Shown here piece by piece: positions 41,994 through 54,726 of a stretch of 64,000 nt of DNA; positions within the stretch are counted from its first letter, which is position 1, and each line of letters starts with the position of its first letter. The DNA lies in NCBI GenBank assembly GCA_963815695.1, contig CAWFIG010000022.1:96648-160647 (forward strand), read 5' to 3'. This DNA is from an uncultured Planctomycetia bacterium (lineage in GTDB: Bacteria > Planctomycetota > Planctomycetia > Pirellulales > Thermoguttaceae). The notes beneath the pieces were generated by a model. It did no database searches. It was not told the DNA's origin and saw nothing but the letters and a program-made list of their open reading frames with translations. Position numbers and translations under genes: made by a program.

Positions 41994-42035
41994 GCCCTCT
42001 CCCCTCTCCCCTCTCCCCTCTCCACTACCCTACCG
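41994..42035. repeat. C-rich heptamer array (GCCCTCT, CCCCTCT x3, CCACTAC, CCTACCG)
   Basis: Counted directly. Overlaps the stop codon (42030-42032) of the prenyltransferase-repeat gene. Confidence 0.9.
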
Positions 42036-43065
42036 CTGAAAAATCGGCAGGTAGTTGTTCGGGATTTCCAGCACGATGCAGGCCATCGCGGTGGCGCAGT
42101 CGTTGCCCTCTTGGGCAGCCTGCCACGAGCCGTCGTCGCGCTGGCGGGCGATCAATTCGTCGCGGACGGCCGGATACCAGCGGTCGAAGCGCTCGCCGCC
42201 GGCCTGCCACATCGCCTGCACGGCGTAGTAATGGCCGTAGAAGAAGTAGCTTTCGCGGCGGGTGACGCCCTCGGCGGGGATGAAGTGCATCAGGTAGTCG
42301 AGCCCCTTGGCGATCTCCGGCCCCTTGTAGATGCCGGCACTGTACAGGGCGACCACGGCGGCGGCCGAGCGGGGGAAGTCGCTCTCGCCGGCGGTGGCTC
42401 AGCATGTACATGAACCCGCCGTCGGCGTTCTGGCTGCGCTTGACGTAGTCGATCGAGCGGTCGATCGTCTCGTTGGGAACGTAGAGGCCGGCGTTGCGGG
42501 CCGCTCGCAGGGCCATGACCTGGCAGACGGTGACCGAGATGTCGGCGTCGCTGCGGACCGGCTGGTAGCGCCAGCCGCCCTGCTTGTTCTGGCTGTTGAC
42601 GATGATCTTGACGGCCTTCGACAGCTTGTCGCGCAGCTCGGGCCGCGGCGACATGCCGTAACACTCGGCCAGGAACATCGTGGCGAAGCCGTGGCCGTAC
42701 ATCGGGCCGTGAGCTCGCGTCGGGGCCACAGATGAACCCGCTCGGCTGCGTGTTGGCCAGCAGATAATCGACGCAGCGGTTCACCTGTGCGCCGTACGGG
42801 CCGCGGCCGGGCGTGCTGCCGTCGGCCATCATCGCCATGCCGGCCAAGGCGCAGACCGCCACGTTGCCGCGGTACGAGCCGGCGCCGAAGCTGCCGTCGT
42901 CGTGCTGCTGCGACGACCAGCCATTTCAGCCCGCGCTCGATGCCGCGCTGCACGGCGGGCGTAATCAGCTTCGCCGCCGATCTTTTCGGAGTTCTTCTCT
43001 TCCGCCCCGAGCGATGCGGCGACGCCGCACAACAGAACGGCGGCGATGATTATCGAGCGATTCAT
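42030..43065 (-). CDS. prenyltransferase/squalene-oxidase-repeat (terpenoid-cyclase-fold) secreted protein, multiple apparent frameshifts
   Basis: Start MNRSIIIAAVLLCGVAASLGA (43065). Fragments: QHDDGSFG, GPMYGHGFATMFLAECYGM, NSQNKQGGWRYQP...SVTVCQVMALRAARNAG, RSQNADGGFMY and ARQRDDGSWQA (repeated QxxDGGW-type motifs). Confidence 0.7.
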
Positions 43066-43164
43066 CGGCAAGCTTCCAATTTGCAAAATCCTGTAGGACG
43101 GATTTCCAAATCCGTCCGAACCTGTTGGGGTGGCAGTTGAACTGCCACCCCAACGTCGAGACAT

Positions 43165-46100
43165 CTACGGCTTTGGCTTTTCTTCCGACAGGCGTCGGAA
43201 ATATTCTTCGATCTGCAATTCGTACTTCGGCGAGAACTCCTCGCCGGGCGATTGCAGCATCTGCTGGCGAGCGTGCTGCGGCAACAAGTACCAGAGCCGC
43301 TGCATCGCGTCCCGCGTTTCGGCGGCGGCTGCGTCGGACTTGCTTTGCGGCGTTCTTGCCGGGCGGACGCGGCGAACCGGGGGCGGCCGGTTTGTTGTTC
43401 GGGTTCTTCCCCGGCTTGCTGTTGGGCTTCGGCGGCTGCCGCGGAGGTTGCTTCCGCGTGCTCGGCTGCGATTGGCACTTGCCCGGTTTGCATTGGCCGG
43501 CCTTTTTGCGGGCCTGCTCGATCAGGCGGTCCAGATCATCGACGATCTGCCGCTGAAGCTGCTGCGTGGCCGCGCCGAGTCGGCCTTGGCGATCCGCTGC
43601 TTCGCCTCGCGTCATTTCGCGGGCGATTTGCAGCATCGGGTTGTCGCTCTCCTTCTCGGCGGCCGCACCTAGCTCGCGTTTCAACTGGTCCTCGTCTACC
43701 ATCCGTGACTGTACGTCGGCTTGACTTCCGGCGGCGGCTTCGGCGTTCCGCTCGGTCGGCGGCGGCCGATCGCAGCACGATGTCGGCCAGATGGCCTTGC
43801 TGTCGGCTCAAGGCAGCGTACTCGCGCAGTTGCTCGGGCGTGGGCTTGTCGGCGGCCGCCTGCTGCAAGGTCTCGATGCGGGAGTTGATCTCCTGCTGCA
43901 TCAGCTTCAGGAGCTTCAATTGGGCGATCGCCGGAAGGCGGTCGCCCGGCGGGCCTTGCTTCTTGCCGCCGTTGTTGCCGCCGCCGGCGTTGTCCTCCTG
44001 GTCGGCTTTCGGCTCGGCGGGCGGTTCGGGTTTCAGGGCCTCGACCAACAGATCGAGCCGGCGGAGCGCGCGGCGCTGCGGTTCTTGCGTGGGCGGGCCG
44101 GTCTCGCGCCGATCGAGCGACTCGGCGGCCTCGGCCCATGTCGTCGGCGGCCCCGGTCAGCGCGAGCTCGAACGCCCCGGCGGCGCTGAGCTGCTGGCCG
44201 AGCTGCGCGGCATCGGTCTGAAGCGAGCGTTGCAGCCGGGCCAACTCGAGGACGGAGAGCGCCTGCGATCGCGTGAGTTGGCCTTGCGACTCTTCGAGGC
44301 CGCGAAGCCGCTGGGCTTCGTCCAAGGCGTTTTCCTGCTGGCGGCGGAGATGCTTGACGTTGTCTTGCCAGCCGGGCAAGTTGCTCCTGGGCCAACTCGG
44401 CGGCGGCTTGGCGAAGCTGCTCGGCAAGCTGGCGGCGGGCTTCGGCCAGCGACGCGGCGGGCTTCGGCGGCCTTCGGGCGGCGTCCGGCCGCAGTCCCCC
44501 TGCCCTGCCCTGCTGGTTCGGCCTCGTCCATTTGCTCGGCGGCCAGCGCGGCGGCCTCGGCGGCCTGCTCGGCCTGCAATCGCGCAAGCTGCCGCGAGAG
44601 CCGTTCGGTCTCGTCGCGCAATTGCCGCTGTTGATCGGGCGAGCCGCTGCAACTCGCGCCGGCGGGCTTCCTCTGTTCTGTCCTTTGCGGCGGCGTCGAT
44701 CTGCTTCCGCAACTGGCTCTTGCCGCTGTTCGAGGGCGGAAAGATCGGCCTCGGCCGCGCGAAGTTTCTTGACCAAGCGGACCAGCTCGTTCTGGCGCGA
44801 TTGGCCAGGACGTCGAGCACTTCCTGCAAGTCCTGGGCGATCTGTTTTTGCGCGGCGGCGGCCTGGCCGATCTGGTTCTGCCGGATTGCATCGCGCCGGC
44901 ATCGCGCATTTCGGCCGCTGATGGCCAGCCGGCGGGCCTCGTCCAGCGGCGTCGGCGACGGTGTCGGCGGCCAGCGGGTCGGTCTTGCGCAGTTCGACGA
45001 CCGCCTGGTCGGCTTCCTGCAGCATGCGATCGAGCAGCGCGGGCAAGCTCAAACTGGCGGCCGGCGGCCGCGTTCAGATCGGCGGCGTCTTGCGGCGGCA
45101 AGGTCGCGGAGTTCGCGCGTCAACGTGCGGCGGCCGACCTCCGACGTGCGATGGCGCCGCGTCCTCCTGGTCGCGGAGCAATTGGGCCGATCTCGCGATG
45201 CAGGCGGCGATAGCTGTCCCATCGGGCGAGCTGATCGATCTGACTGTTCCAGTCGCGGCGATGATCGCGTCTTGATGTTCGGCGGCGGTCGGCCAGCGAC
45301 TTTCGCGACGCTGGCGACGTCCGCGGCGGCGCTCCTCCTGCCCTTCGCGATCGACTTGGGCCGTCTTGACGGCGGCGGTCAACTCGCGGCCCACCGGCGG
45401 CAGCAATTCGCGGTCGAGCCGATCGAGTTCTGCCAGTAGCGAGTTCATCCGCTGCCGGGCGTCGGCGTTGTCGATGCCGTTGTTCTCCAGATCGGCCAGC
45501 AGCGCCAGAACGTGCGTGGGAATGCCTTCGCTGCGGCTGGTGAGCAACTCGGCCGACCTCGCGCTGGGCGTGTTCGGCGGCTTGCAGGCGGTCGACGTCG
45601 GACTGCTCGAATCGCCGCAGATCGCCCAGGCGGATTCGCGACGACTCGACCTGATCGCGGCAGCCGCGCTGCATTTTCGACGCCCGCTCCAACTCGGCCA
45701 CGATCGAGCTTCTCGCGGTCGGCGAGCGCGATCGCTGCAACTCGTCGGGCGTGACGACGATCAGACGCCGCGGCTCGCTCTTCGCCGTTTGCGGCAGGTA
45801 GTCGCTGGCCGTGGCATAAAAGGTCACTTGCGCGCCCGGCTGCAAATTCAACGGGGCGAGGTTCCAGCGATAATCGACCACGCGGCTATCGCCCGCGGGA
45901 GTTCGGTTCCGGCTGCGGCGGCGGCTGTGGCGGCCCGGAGAACAGCGGCAGCGAGCTCTCGGGCTCCGATTCGCCGCGGCGGAACACCAGCGCGACGTCG
46001 CGGAGAGCGAGATCGTCCTTGGCCGACACGCGAATCGGCGCGACGGCCTGCGGAGTGACAAACAGATTGGCCGCGGGGCTGCTCGATCTGCACGCTGGGC

Positions 46101-47306
46101 GGAGCGTCGGCAATGGCGCGGATTTCCCAGCGGTCGTCGTCGCCGCCGTGCAGCCCTTCGCGGTCGGTCAATGCGAACCAGTAGGCGCCGGATTTGTCGA
46201 CGACGGCGGCGACGGTAGAACGTGCACAGCCGTCGTCGCTGAGTTGGGCGGGTATCTTGCGGCCGTCTTCGAGGCAGAGATCGGCCGAGGCGAGCGGCGC
46301 TGGTGGCCTTGCCGATGAATTGCACGCGCGTGCCGACCAGTGCGCGGATGTGCCGCTCGGACGACGCGGCGGGCCAGCCGGTGTATGCCGGCGGAATCAG
46401 GCGGATCGAGAGCGACTCGACGGCGGGCGGCTCGACCACTTCCACGTCGGTCCAGGGGATGGAGGTCTGGTCGTCGCCGCCTTCGACGCGATAGGAGAAC
46501 GGCCGCAAGACGTTCTCGCGCCGGGCGACCATCGCGCCGTCGGCGAAACGCATCCGTTCGGTTTCCTCGACGACGCCGCCGTCGGGCGTCGGCAGCCGAT
46601 AGTGGATGCGAACCTCCGGCGGCAGCCGGGCGCCGGAGGCGTCGACCACTTCGATCTCGAAAATCTGTCCGCGGGCGATGCGCTCGACCGGCTGGCGGAT
46701 CGTCAGGTGCGTCGTCCGCGGCCAAGCCGTATTGCCGAACGGATTGATCAGCCGAGCGACGGCGATTTGCGCGGCCGACGAGATTGGGCAAAACCAGCAA
46801 GACAATGGCCGCCGCGTAGGCCGATTGCCGCCACCGTGCCGGCGCGAACGACCGGGCGGCGATCGAGCGCCGCCGAGAAATCGAGCCGCATCGGCTCTCG
46901 GCCGATGCCTGGGCAATGACCGTCGCGGCGCAGGGCGACCGAGCCGGCCGCGGGATCGTCTTCGGCGGTGTGCAGGAACTCGACGGCGGTGACGAGGCGG
47001 TCGCCCAGCAACGGGAAACTGCCGCTGGACGCGCCTGGCCAGATCGACATTGGCCAGCCGCATCCGCAGCGACCGCCAGAACGTGGCGGTAGAAGCGTCC
47101 AGCCGGCAACACGCCGAGCACCGCCAGCGACGCGATGATCCGCAGGCCGCGGTCCTGGAAGCGAAACACGATAGTCGAGCAAGCCCGAGCACGACCGCCA
47201 GCGCCGCAACAGAGCCGTCGGCGACGATGCACAGTCCATGGAGCACGGCCATCGGCCGCACGCGGCGCCGCAACGCGACGAGTTTTTCTTCCAGCGGATG
47301 GAGCAT
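43165..47306 (-). CDS. very large membrane-anchored coiled-coil protein (DUF4175-like), many apparent frameshifts
   Basis: Start MLHPLEEKLVALRRRVRPMAVLHGLCIVADGSVAALAVVLGL (47306). Beta-rich middle in ORF 45120..47438 (LINPFGNTAWPRTTHLTIRQPVERIARGQIFEIEVV...VVDYRWNLAPLNLQPGAQVTFYATASDY). Ala/Gln/Arg/Glu-rich coiled coil at 43700-45500. Restored end ELQIEEYFRRLSEEKPKP-stop (43165). The family call is from memory of Bat-type neighbourhoods. Confidence 0.55.
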
Positions 47307-47319
47307 GATACGCACAATT

Positions 47320-49722
47320 CTATACCATTCCCCGGCGTTTTCTCGTAATATCCATTCGGCGATCAGCAGCAGCAGGAACAGCGCCAGCACCGGCCAGCGG
47401 TTCCAGAGCGGACGCGGCGGCAGCGATTCGATGGGCACCTGGCGGCCGGGCGGCAGGTCGTCGCAGCAAGCGGTCGGCCGTGTCGAACGTGTAGAATCGG
47501 CCGCCGGAGATTTCGGCGGCCGCGCGCATGGCGGCGGCGTCCATGCGCACTTGGGCGAATTCGCCGGGCGGCGGAACCACCGTGAAATCGACCGCCGGCG
47601 ACTGGCCCTGGCAGCGTCGGGCGCGGCGATCCAGGCGTGATAGCTGCCCGTGGCGGGCCGATCGAGCAGGCCCTCGAAGACGCCGCGGGCCGGCGGCCGC
47701 GCGGTGCAGCGACATCCGCCGCGTCTTTCGCCCGGACTGCTCGACCACGACCGTCACGCCGTCGTCTTCGGCCGGGGCCAGCCGCTCGTCGGCGAACCGC
47801 ACCCGCAGCCGCACCGACTCGCCCTGGGCGATATTCGCGGCGGTCGGTCGTGAGAGTGGCCGCGCGGCCGGCGTCGGCCAGCTTCGAGCGGCAGAGGTAG
47901 CGGATCGTCTGAATCCAGTAGCGGGCGAAATAGACGTCGCCGACGCGATAACGCCATCGCCAGGTCTCGTCGGTGGCGTGGAACAGCACCTTGCCGGCGC
48001 CGACGTACTGGAAGCAGGATCACCGGCAAGCGGCGGCCGTCGGGGCCGGTTCGCGTGGGGTGCTCGGCCAGCACGCGCACGCCCGGCTTCAACTCGGGAA
48101 TCTCCAGCAGCCAGTACAGCGGCGGCAGATTCTTCCAGATCCGCTCGCGTCTCCTCCGGCGTGTCGCCCAGTTGCATGGAGGGGCTGGCCAGGCCGAGAT
48201 CGGTCGGCTGCACGACGAAACCTTCGGTGAGCGTGTCCGGTCGGATAGCCGGACGCGATCGACCGAGAACGGCAGCAGCCGGGCCAGCGGCGTGTCGCGG
48301 AAGGCCGCCGGCATGTACGACGGGCCGGCGATCACGACCAACGAGCCCCCCTTGGCCGGCTGATCGACGAAATCGGCCAGGTTCTGCATCGCCGCCGAGT
48401 CCAGCAGAGCCGGATTCACGTCGCCGAGGATCACGACGTCGTAGGCGAAAAGGTCTTCGCGCCGCAACGGGAAGGCCCGCAACGACGAGGCGTCCTGCTC
48501 GGCGTTCTCCGGATCGGCGTCTTGCAGCACGGTGTCGAGCGAGATCGTCTCATCGCGGCGGAGCATGTTCCGCAGGTAGCGGAACTCGAAACTCGGATAA
48601 GCTTGAACCAGCAGCACGCGGATTTTCTCCTTGCGGACCTGGACAGTGCGCGTCTGCCGGTTGTTTTCGGTCAGCGACTCGCCGGCCAGCGGCTGGGCCT
48701 CGACGACGTACTCGAACTGGCCGACCTTGGTGGGCCGGTATTGCAGGCGGACCCGCAACGGCCGGTCGTCGGTCGGGGCGGTCACCTCGGTCTTCGCCAG
48801 GATGTTCTCCGGCGTGGTGGGCTTGTCCTTTTCGCGGAGTACGATCGAGACCTTTCGCCCCTCGAAACCCGCGGCCGTCAGCTTGCACTCGAAATTCACC
48901 ACGTCATCGACGAATACGACGTCATCGACCATCAGATCGGAGAGCTTCAGATCGCGGACGGGCCGATCGCTGCCGAGGCCGACGAAATAGAGCGGCACGC
49001 CACGCCGCTGTGCGTGCTCGGCCGCGTCGGCCAGCGTTGGGCCGTCGGTGTTGATGCCGTCGCTGAGCACGACAACGGCGGCGGGGGCGGCGCCGCGCAA
49101 GTCGTCGAGCGCCGCACGCACACCGGCGCCCAGCCGGGTAGTCTTCCCCTTGGGGGCCAACGATCGCAGCTCCGCGACGATGCCCGGCACGTCCTGGCGC
49201 GGGCTGGCGCGAACCCGTGACAAAATAGACCCGCAACTTGTGACCGGCGGCGATTCCGCGCAAGAGGCTGCCGTCGCGCTCCGCCGTCAACGTTCGCAGA
49301 AGATTCCAGCGGCTCAAATCGGTCGCGCCGAGGCCGCTGCGGCGCAACCGCGCGGCCATCGCCTTGCGAGGCTTCTCGGCGTAGTGATCCACGATCGTCA
49401 TGCTCTGCGAGTCGTCGATCAGCACGGCCGCGTAGGGCAGTCCGGTGCGTTTCAACGAAAGCGTAACCTGGGCGATCATCAGCAGCAGCAGCCCGAGGAG
49501 CGCAAGCCGCAGGGTCGCCAGCATGATCCGATAGCGCCGCGTCGCACGGGTGCCTTCCCGCCAGTAGATCATCGCCACGAAGGCCACCGCCAGCGCCACC
49601 AGCAGCAGTGTCACCCAGGGCGGCCAGGGCCACGCCGAGTCGATCGACCAGACCGTACCCTCTCCGCTCCCGGTGCTGATACCGAGCAGGCGTTCGACCC
49701 AGGGTGGCATGACGTGGTTCAT
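47320..49722 (-). CDS. von Willebrand factor A-domain membrane protein, multiple apparent frameshifts
   Basis: ORF 48922..49722 ([24 protein letters not shown]...[11 protein letters not shown]). ORF 47754..49223 ([33 protein letters not shown]...[11 protein letters not shown]). ORFs 47363..47989 / 47320..48213. C-terminal [21 protein letters not shown]. Confidence 0.7.
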
Positions 49723-49723
49723 A

Positions 49724-49828
49724 GGTTAGTGGGCAGTCGGCAGTCGGCAGTGGGCAGTGGGCAGTCGGCGGTCGGCAGTCGGCAGTCGGCAGTCGGCAGT
49801 GGGTAGTGGATAGTGGGTAGTGGGTAGT
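49724..49828. repeat. heptamer tandem array, 15 units in perfect register (consensus SGGYAGT)
   Basis: ggttagt gggcagt cggcagt cggcagt gggcagt gggcagt cggcggt cggcagt x4 gggtagt ggatagt gggtagt gggtagt (105 nt). Starts 2 nt upstream of the VWA gene ATG (49720-49722). Confidence 0.95.
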
Positions 49829-49865
49829 GCGAAACCGCAAGCGGTTGTGAAGATATGACGAAGTT

Positions 49866-49935
49866 CATCTCTCATCCCTCATCCCTAATCTCTCATCCCT
49901 CATCCCTAATCTCTCATCCCTCATCCTCTCCCCCC
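49866..49935. repeat. C-rich heptamer array, ~10 units with a 21-nt super-period (CATCCCT CATCCCT AATCTCT)
   Basis: Counted directly. Overlaps the 3' end and stop region of the BatA-like gene. Confidence 0.95.
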
Positions 49936-52085
49936 AGTTTCCATCCCAGGAAGACCTCCGCCAGCGCAGGCCGAGCGCCGCGTAGAGGAGATCGACGTGC
50001 AGCCCTTGCTGGCCGTGGGCCGTCCCGACGCCGGCGCCTTTGATGTCTTGCCAGGAAGTCTGATAGACGAACGGAATGTCCGGCCACGTCTGGTTGCGCA
50101 GGTCGTCCGCATCGATTTGTGCAAGGTCGCTCTCCGTCGTATCGACGTTGACCGCGAACGTCTGGCGGCGGTTGGCCGGCGGGCCGAACTGCACCGTGTA
50201 GATGCCGCTTTGCAGCGTGTCGGCGTACGTCAGGGCGAAGCGGTCGCCGGCGGGCTGCAACTGCGCGGGCCGCTTGCGGCCGTCGGGCGATTGCACGCTC
50301 GCCGACGATATGCCGCCCGACGACGTCAAGGCGTCGAACGTATCGCCCACCAGGACGTTTCGCTGTTGGAGTTGCCCGGCCGCACACCAGGCGACGATCT
50401 CCTGCACCAGCGGGACGAAGCTCGGCCAGAGCGGCATGGCGGTCCACGACGGCTCGGCCGAGGTGCCCACCAGCACGACCCGGCCGCGATGGACCGATTG
50501 CTCGATCACCAGCGGATCGCCGTTGCCCAGCGCCAGCACGGTCGTCGCGTGCGACTTCTTCGACGGCGTCAGTTGGTAATGCTTGAAGACCGGCGTGGTC
50601 AGCAGGCTGGTTTGTCCGCGGCCGCGAAACGCCTCGAGAATCGGATGCCGATAGCCGAGCGGATCGAGCCGGAACTGCGGCTGATCGACGACGTTGCCGA
50701 TGCGGGCGGGCAGAATGTGCGGCCCCCCTGCCCTGCCCTCCCCGGCGACGCCCAATTCGCGATTGTAGCGGTCGGCCAACACCTGATCGCCGAGGAAGAA
50801 GACCACGCTGCCGCCGCCCTGCAAATAGGCATCCAGGGCGCGGGCCTCGCTGGCGGTGAACTGGGCGACGTTGCAAAGGAACAGGCAGTCGTAGCGTTGC
50901 CAGGTTGCGCTCCAACAGCGCGCTTCTCCGTGGCCACCTCGGCTTGCAGCGGCGACTGGTCCGACCTTTCGCCTTGCGGCGTCGAGCGCCACGGCGAGAT
51001 AATCGGCGGCGCCGCGGAACGAACCGCCCGAGGGCCGCCCGTCGATGCACAATGCGCGGATCGCTTGCCGCAGCGGTCAGGGCCAGATAGCGGTGATTGT
51101 CGATCTCCAGGGCGTCGCCGGGGGCGCGGGCCTCGATGGCGTGATCGCCGGGCGACATCGAAACGATACGAGAACTCCGACCGCGCCGCTGCCGTCCGGT
51201 GACAATTCCGCTTGGGTCTGCGCGATCCTTCGCCCATCGACGAACAGTTCCACAAGTTGGCGATTGCGCGGCGGCGGCGACCGAAATGCTGCAGACGAAC
51301 GTGCAGGGGCGTGTCGCGGCCGACGGTGACCAGCGAATCGGTCGTGCGGAGATCGGTAATCGCCAGATTCTCCGCCGACGGCTGGCCCAGGTCGATCACG
51401 AACAGGTCGGCCAGTTGGGTCAGTTGGCTGGTCTGTTCGAGGAACTGGGCGCGGGCCGTCTGCGAGAATTGCGGCGCCCATGTGACTGCGCTGCAAGTCG
51501 GTGAGGAAATAGACCTCATGGCGGTCGAGCCGGGGGTTCTCGCCGGCGACCTTCTCGATCAGTTGCCGAATCGCGGGAATCGCCGCCGGCAGATCGGCCA
51601 CGGTATGCGGAAGCTGCAAGTTGTCGATCTCCTCGCAAAATGGCAGCGGACTCCAACGCCGCCGTGCCGACGACCACTCGCGGCGTCGACGACATCAGCA
51701 CCAGCGTGAAGGCGTCGCCCTGCGGGCTGTCGCTGACGATCTGCCGGGCAAGCTCCTTGGCGTGGTCGAATCGCGTCTTGTCGGCCGGCTTGTAGGCCAT
51801 CGAGTAGGAGCCGTCGAAAACCAGCACGCGGTGGACGTGGCTGCCGGGCGTGAAGGCCATGCCCGCCCGCTCGATGTACGGCTCGGCCACCGCCAGCACC
51901 ACTAGCACGACCAGCAGCGTGCGAACGGCCAGCAGCAGCCATTGCTCGAACAGCAGCCGCCGCGTCTGCCGCCGCACGGCCGCCAGCAGATACTCCATCG
52001 CCGCGAACGACATTTCCCGGTACTTCCGCCGGCTCCACAGATGGATCAGGATCGGCGCAGCCGCCGCCCCCAGCCAGCCGAGCAT
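49914..52085 (-). CDS. BatA-type protein (N-terminal double-TM domain), multiple apparent frameshifts
   Basis: ORF 51516..52085: MLGWLGAAAAPILIHLWSRRKYREMSFAAMEYLL...LLLAVRTLLVVLVVLAVAEP...VLVFDGSYSM. Further fragments 51077..51619, 50599..51519 and 49865..51052. Restored end AEVFLGWKLGGEDEG-stop (49914). Confidence 0.7.
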
Positions 52086-52134
52086 CGGCAGGCTGACCCA
52101 TCCAAAGGCGAGAAGTGGCGGCAGCGAAGGGCAT

Positions 52135-52175
52135 GGTGGATAGTGGGTAGTGGGTAGTGGGTGTGGTTAGTGGGT
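52135..52175. repeat. heptamer array (AGTGGGT)x4-5
   Basis: ggtggat agtgggt agtgggt agtgggt gtggtt agtgggt. Lies ~50 nt upstream of the BatA-like start. Confidence 0.9.
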
Positions 52176-52214
52176 CACTCGCACGATTCTTGTGTCTTTG
52201 AGTGAATCGTGGAC

Positions 52215-52572
52215 AGTCCACTCAGCAATCGGCCAACCTTAGCGATTTGTTCAAGCAAGGTGCATGCTGGCGACCGACGTTGGTGACGTATCTTCGAGCC
52301 GCTCGGCTAATTCATGACATCTGCTGTTTCAGCTTCCTTGACCGAGCCCGTGGGCGATGGACAGGAATATGCAGGAAATCGCGTGTCGTGTTGCGTCCCT
52401 GCTCCTCGGCGATATTGGACGGAACGGATCATTGCGGCCAACGTCGAAGCTGAGTCAGTGAGTGAATCGATCTTCTTCTCGCGGAAATCGATCCTTGTTG
52501 TCCGATAGACGATTCCACAAGGTCCATCGCCTTCTGCCAGACGACAAGATCCTGATAGCTTTGAACTGCCAT
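52215..52572 (-). CDS. four-helix-bundle protein (23S rRNA intervening-sequence protein family), apparent frameshifts; 3' end approximate
   Basis: Manual translation from ATG 52572: MAVQSYQDLVVWQKAMDLVESVYRTT..FREKKIDSLT.QLRR. Other frames give SVPSNIAEEQGRNTTRDFLH. Visibly lower GC than the flanks. Confidence 0.55.
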
Positions 52573-52610
52573 GTTCAACTCTACGATCGAAACAAGACCA
52601 GATTCTCATT

Positions 52611-52645
52611 CTACCCTACTACCCACTACTTCCACTATCCTCTCG
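52611..52645. repeat. heptamer array, inverted form of the 52135 array (ACTACCC-type units)
   Basis: ctaccct actaccc actactt ccactat cc. Overlaps the DUF58 stop codon (52635-52637). Confidence 0.8.
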
Positions 52646-53528
52646 ACGCCAAGTAACTCGCCAACGTCACTTCCAACGGCCGATCGGTTCGCATCGGCAC
52701 GTAGTCGATCGCGTGGGCACGGCAGCCGGCTTGCAGCTTGCGCACGTAGCGGCCGAACTCGGCTAGATAGGCTTTGCGAATCGCCCGCGGCTCGACCAGC
52801 ACGTCGGGCAGACTCTCCAGGCCGCGGAAGAGCGTGATCCGCTCGAACGGGAAATCGACCTCGGCCGGATCGAGCACGTGCATCAGGACGACTTCGTGCC
52901 GGCGATGACGCAGGTGCTTCAGCCCTGTCATCAGCGAATCGACGTCGTCGAACAGGTCGCTCAGCACGATCACGATTCCGCGCCGCTTGATCCGCTCGGC
53001 CAAGTCGTGGAAGATCGGGCCGATCGACGGTCTTTCGCTCGGCCGACGTGGCTTCCATGACGTGCAGGATCTCTTTCAGATGCGACGGATTGCTGCTGGC
53101 GCGGACCAGCGAGCGGATTTCGCTGTCGAACGCGACCAGGCCGACGCTGTCTTGCTGGTGCAGCACCAGATACGCCAGCGCCGCGGCCGCACGCCGGGCG
53201 TAATCGAGCTTCGACATGGCCGCGGCGTCGCTCGGTACCGCATGCTCTCGCTCGTGTCCAACAGCAGGTGGCAGACCAGGTTCGTCTCTTCCTCGAACTG
53301 CTTCAGGTAGTATTTGTCGGTCCGTCCGAACACTTTCCAGTCGAGATACCGCAGGTCGTCGCCGGGCGAGTAGTCGCGGTGCTCGGCGAACTCGATCGAG
53401 AAGCCGTGAAAGGGGCTGCGGTGGACGCCCGCCGTGTAGCCCTCGACCGTCCGCCGCGCGCGGAGCGGCAGCGCTTGCAGCCGGGCAAGCATTTGCGGAT
53501 CGAGGAGTTGCTGGGAGTGGTCGGACAT
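52635..53528 (-). CDS. DUF58-domain protein, apparent frameshifts
   Basis: ORF 53076..53528 ([50 protein letters not shown]), a middle fragment in the frame of 52606..53865 ([20 protein letters not shown]) and ORF 52635..53003 ([12 protein letters not shown]...). Confidence 0.8.
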
Positions 53529-53570
53529 CGGCGGATCGCTGCACGGTGAAGCCGCAAGCGGCTAGGGGGT

Positions 53571-54613
<1,043 letters not shown>

Positions 54614-54726
54614 GATGGTTCATTCGAGTGGGTCGTTGACGGAACGGGAATGGATGGGAATGCGAAAGCATTGCGACTTGCATGCGTGTTGGCACAACCT
54701 CTTGTCCCTTCGACATTGCTCGATTT

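Noticed and set aside
41852-42025. N-terminus of ORF 41408..42025 (MERGEGRGERATERRRGRDAKLQSQIFNFEFEISNFEFQICILHFSICILH)
   Set aside because: It is a translation of the heptamer arrays (period 7, so the peptide pattern drifts). It is not a plausible protein segment.
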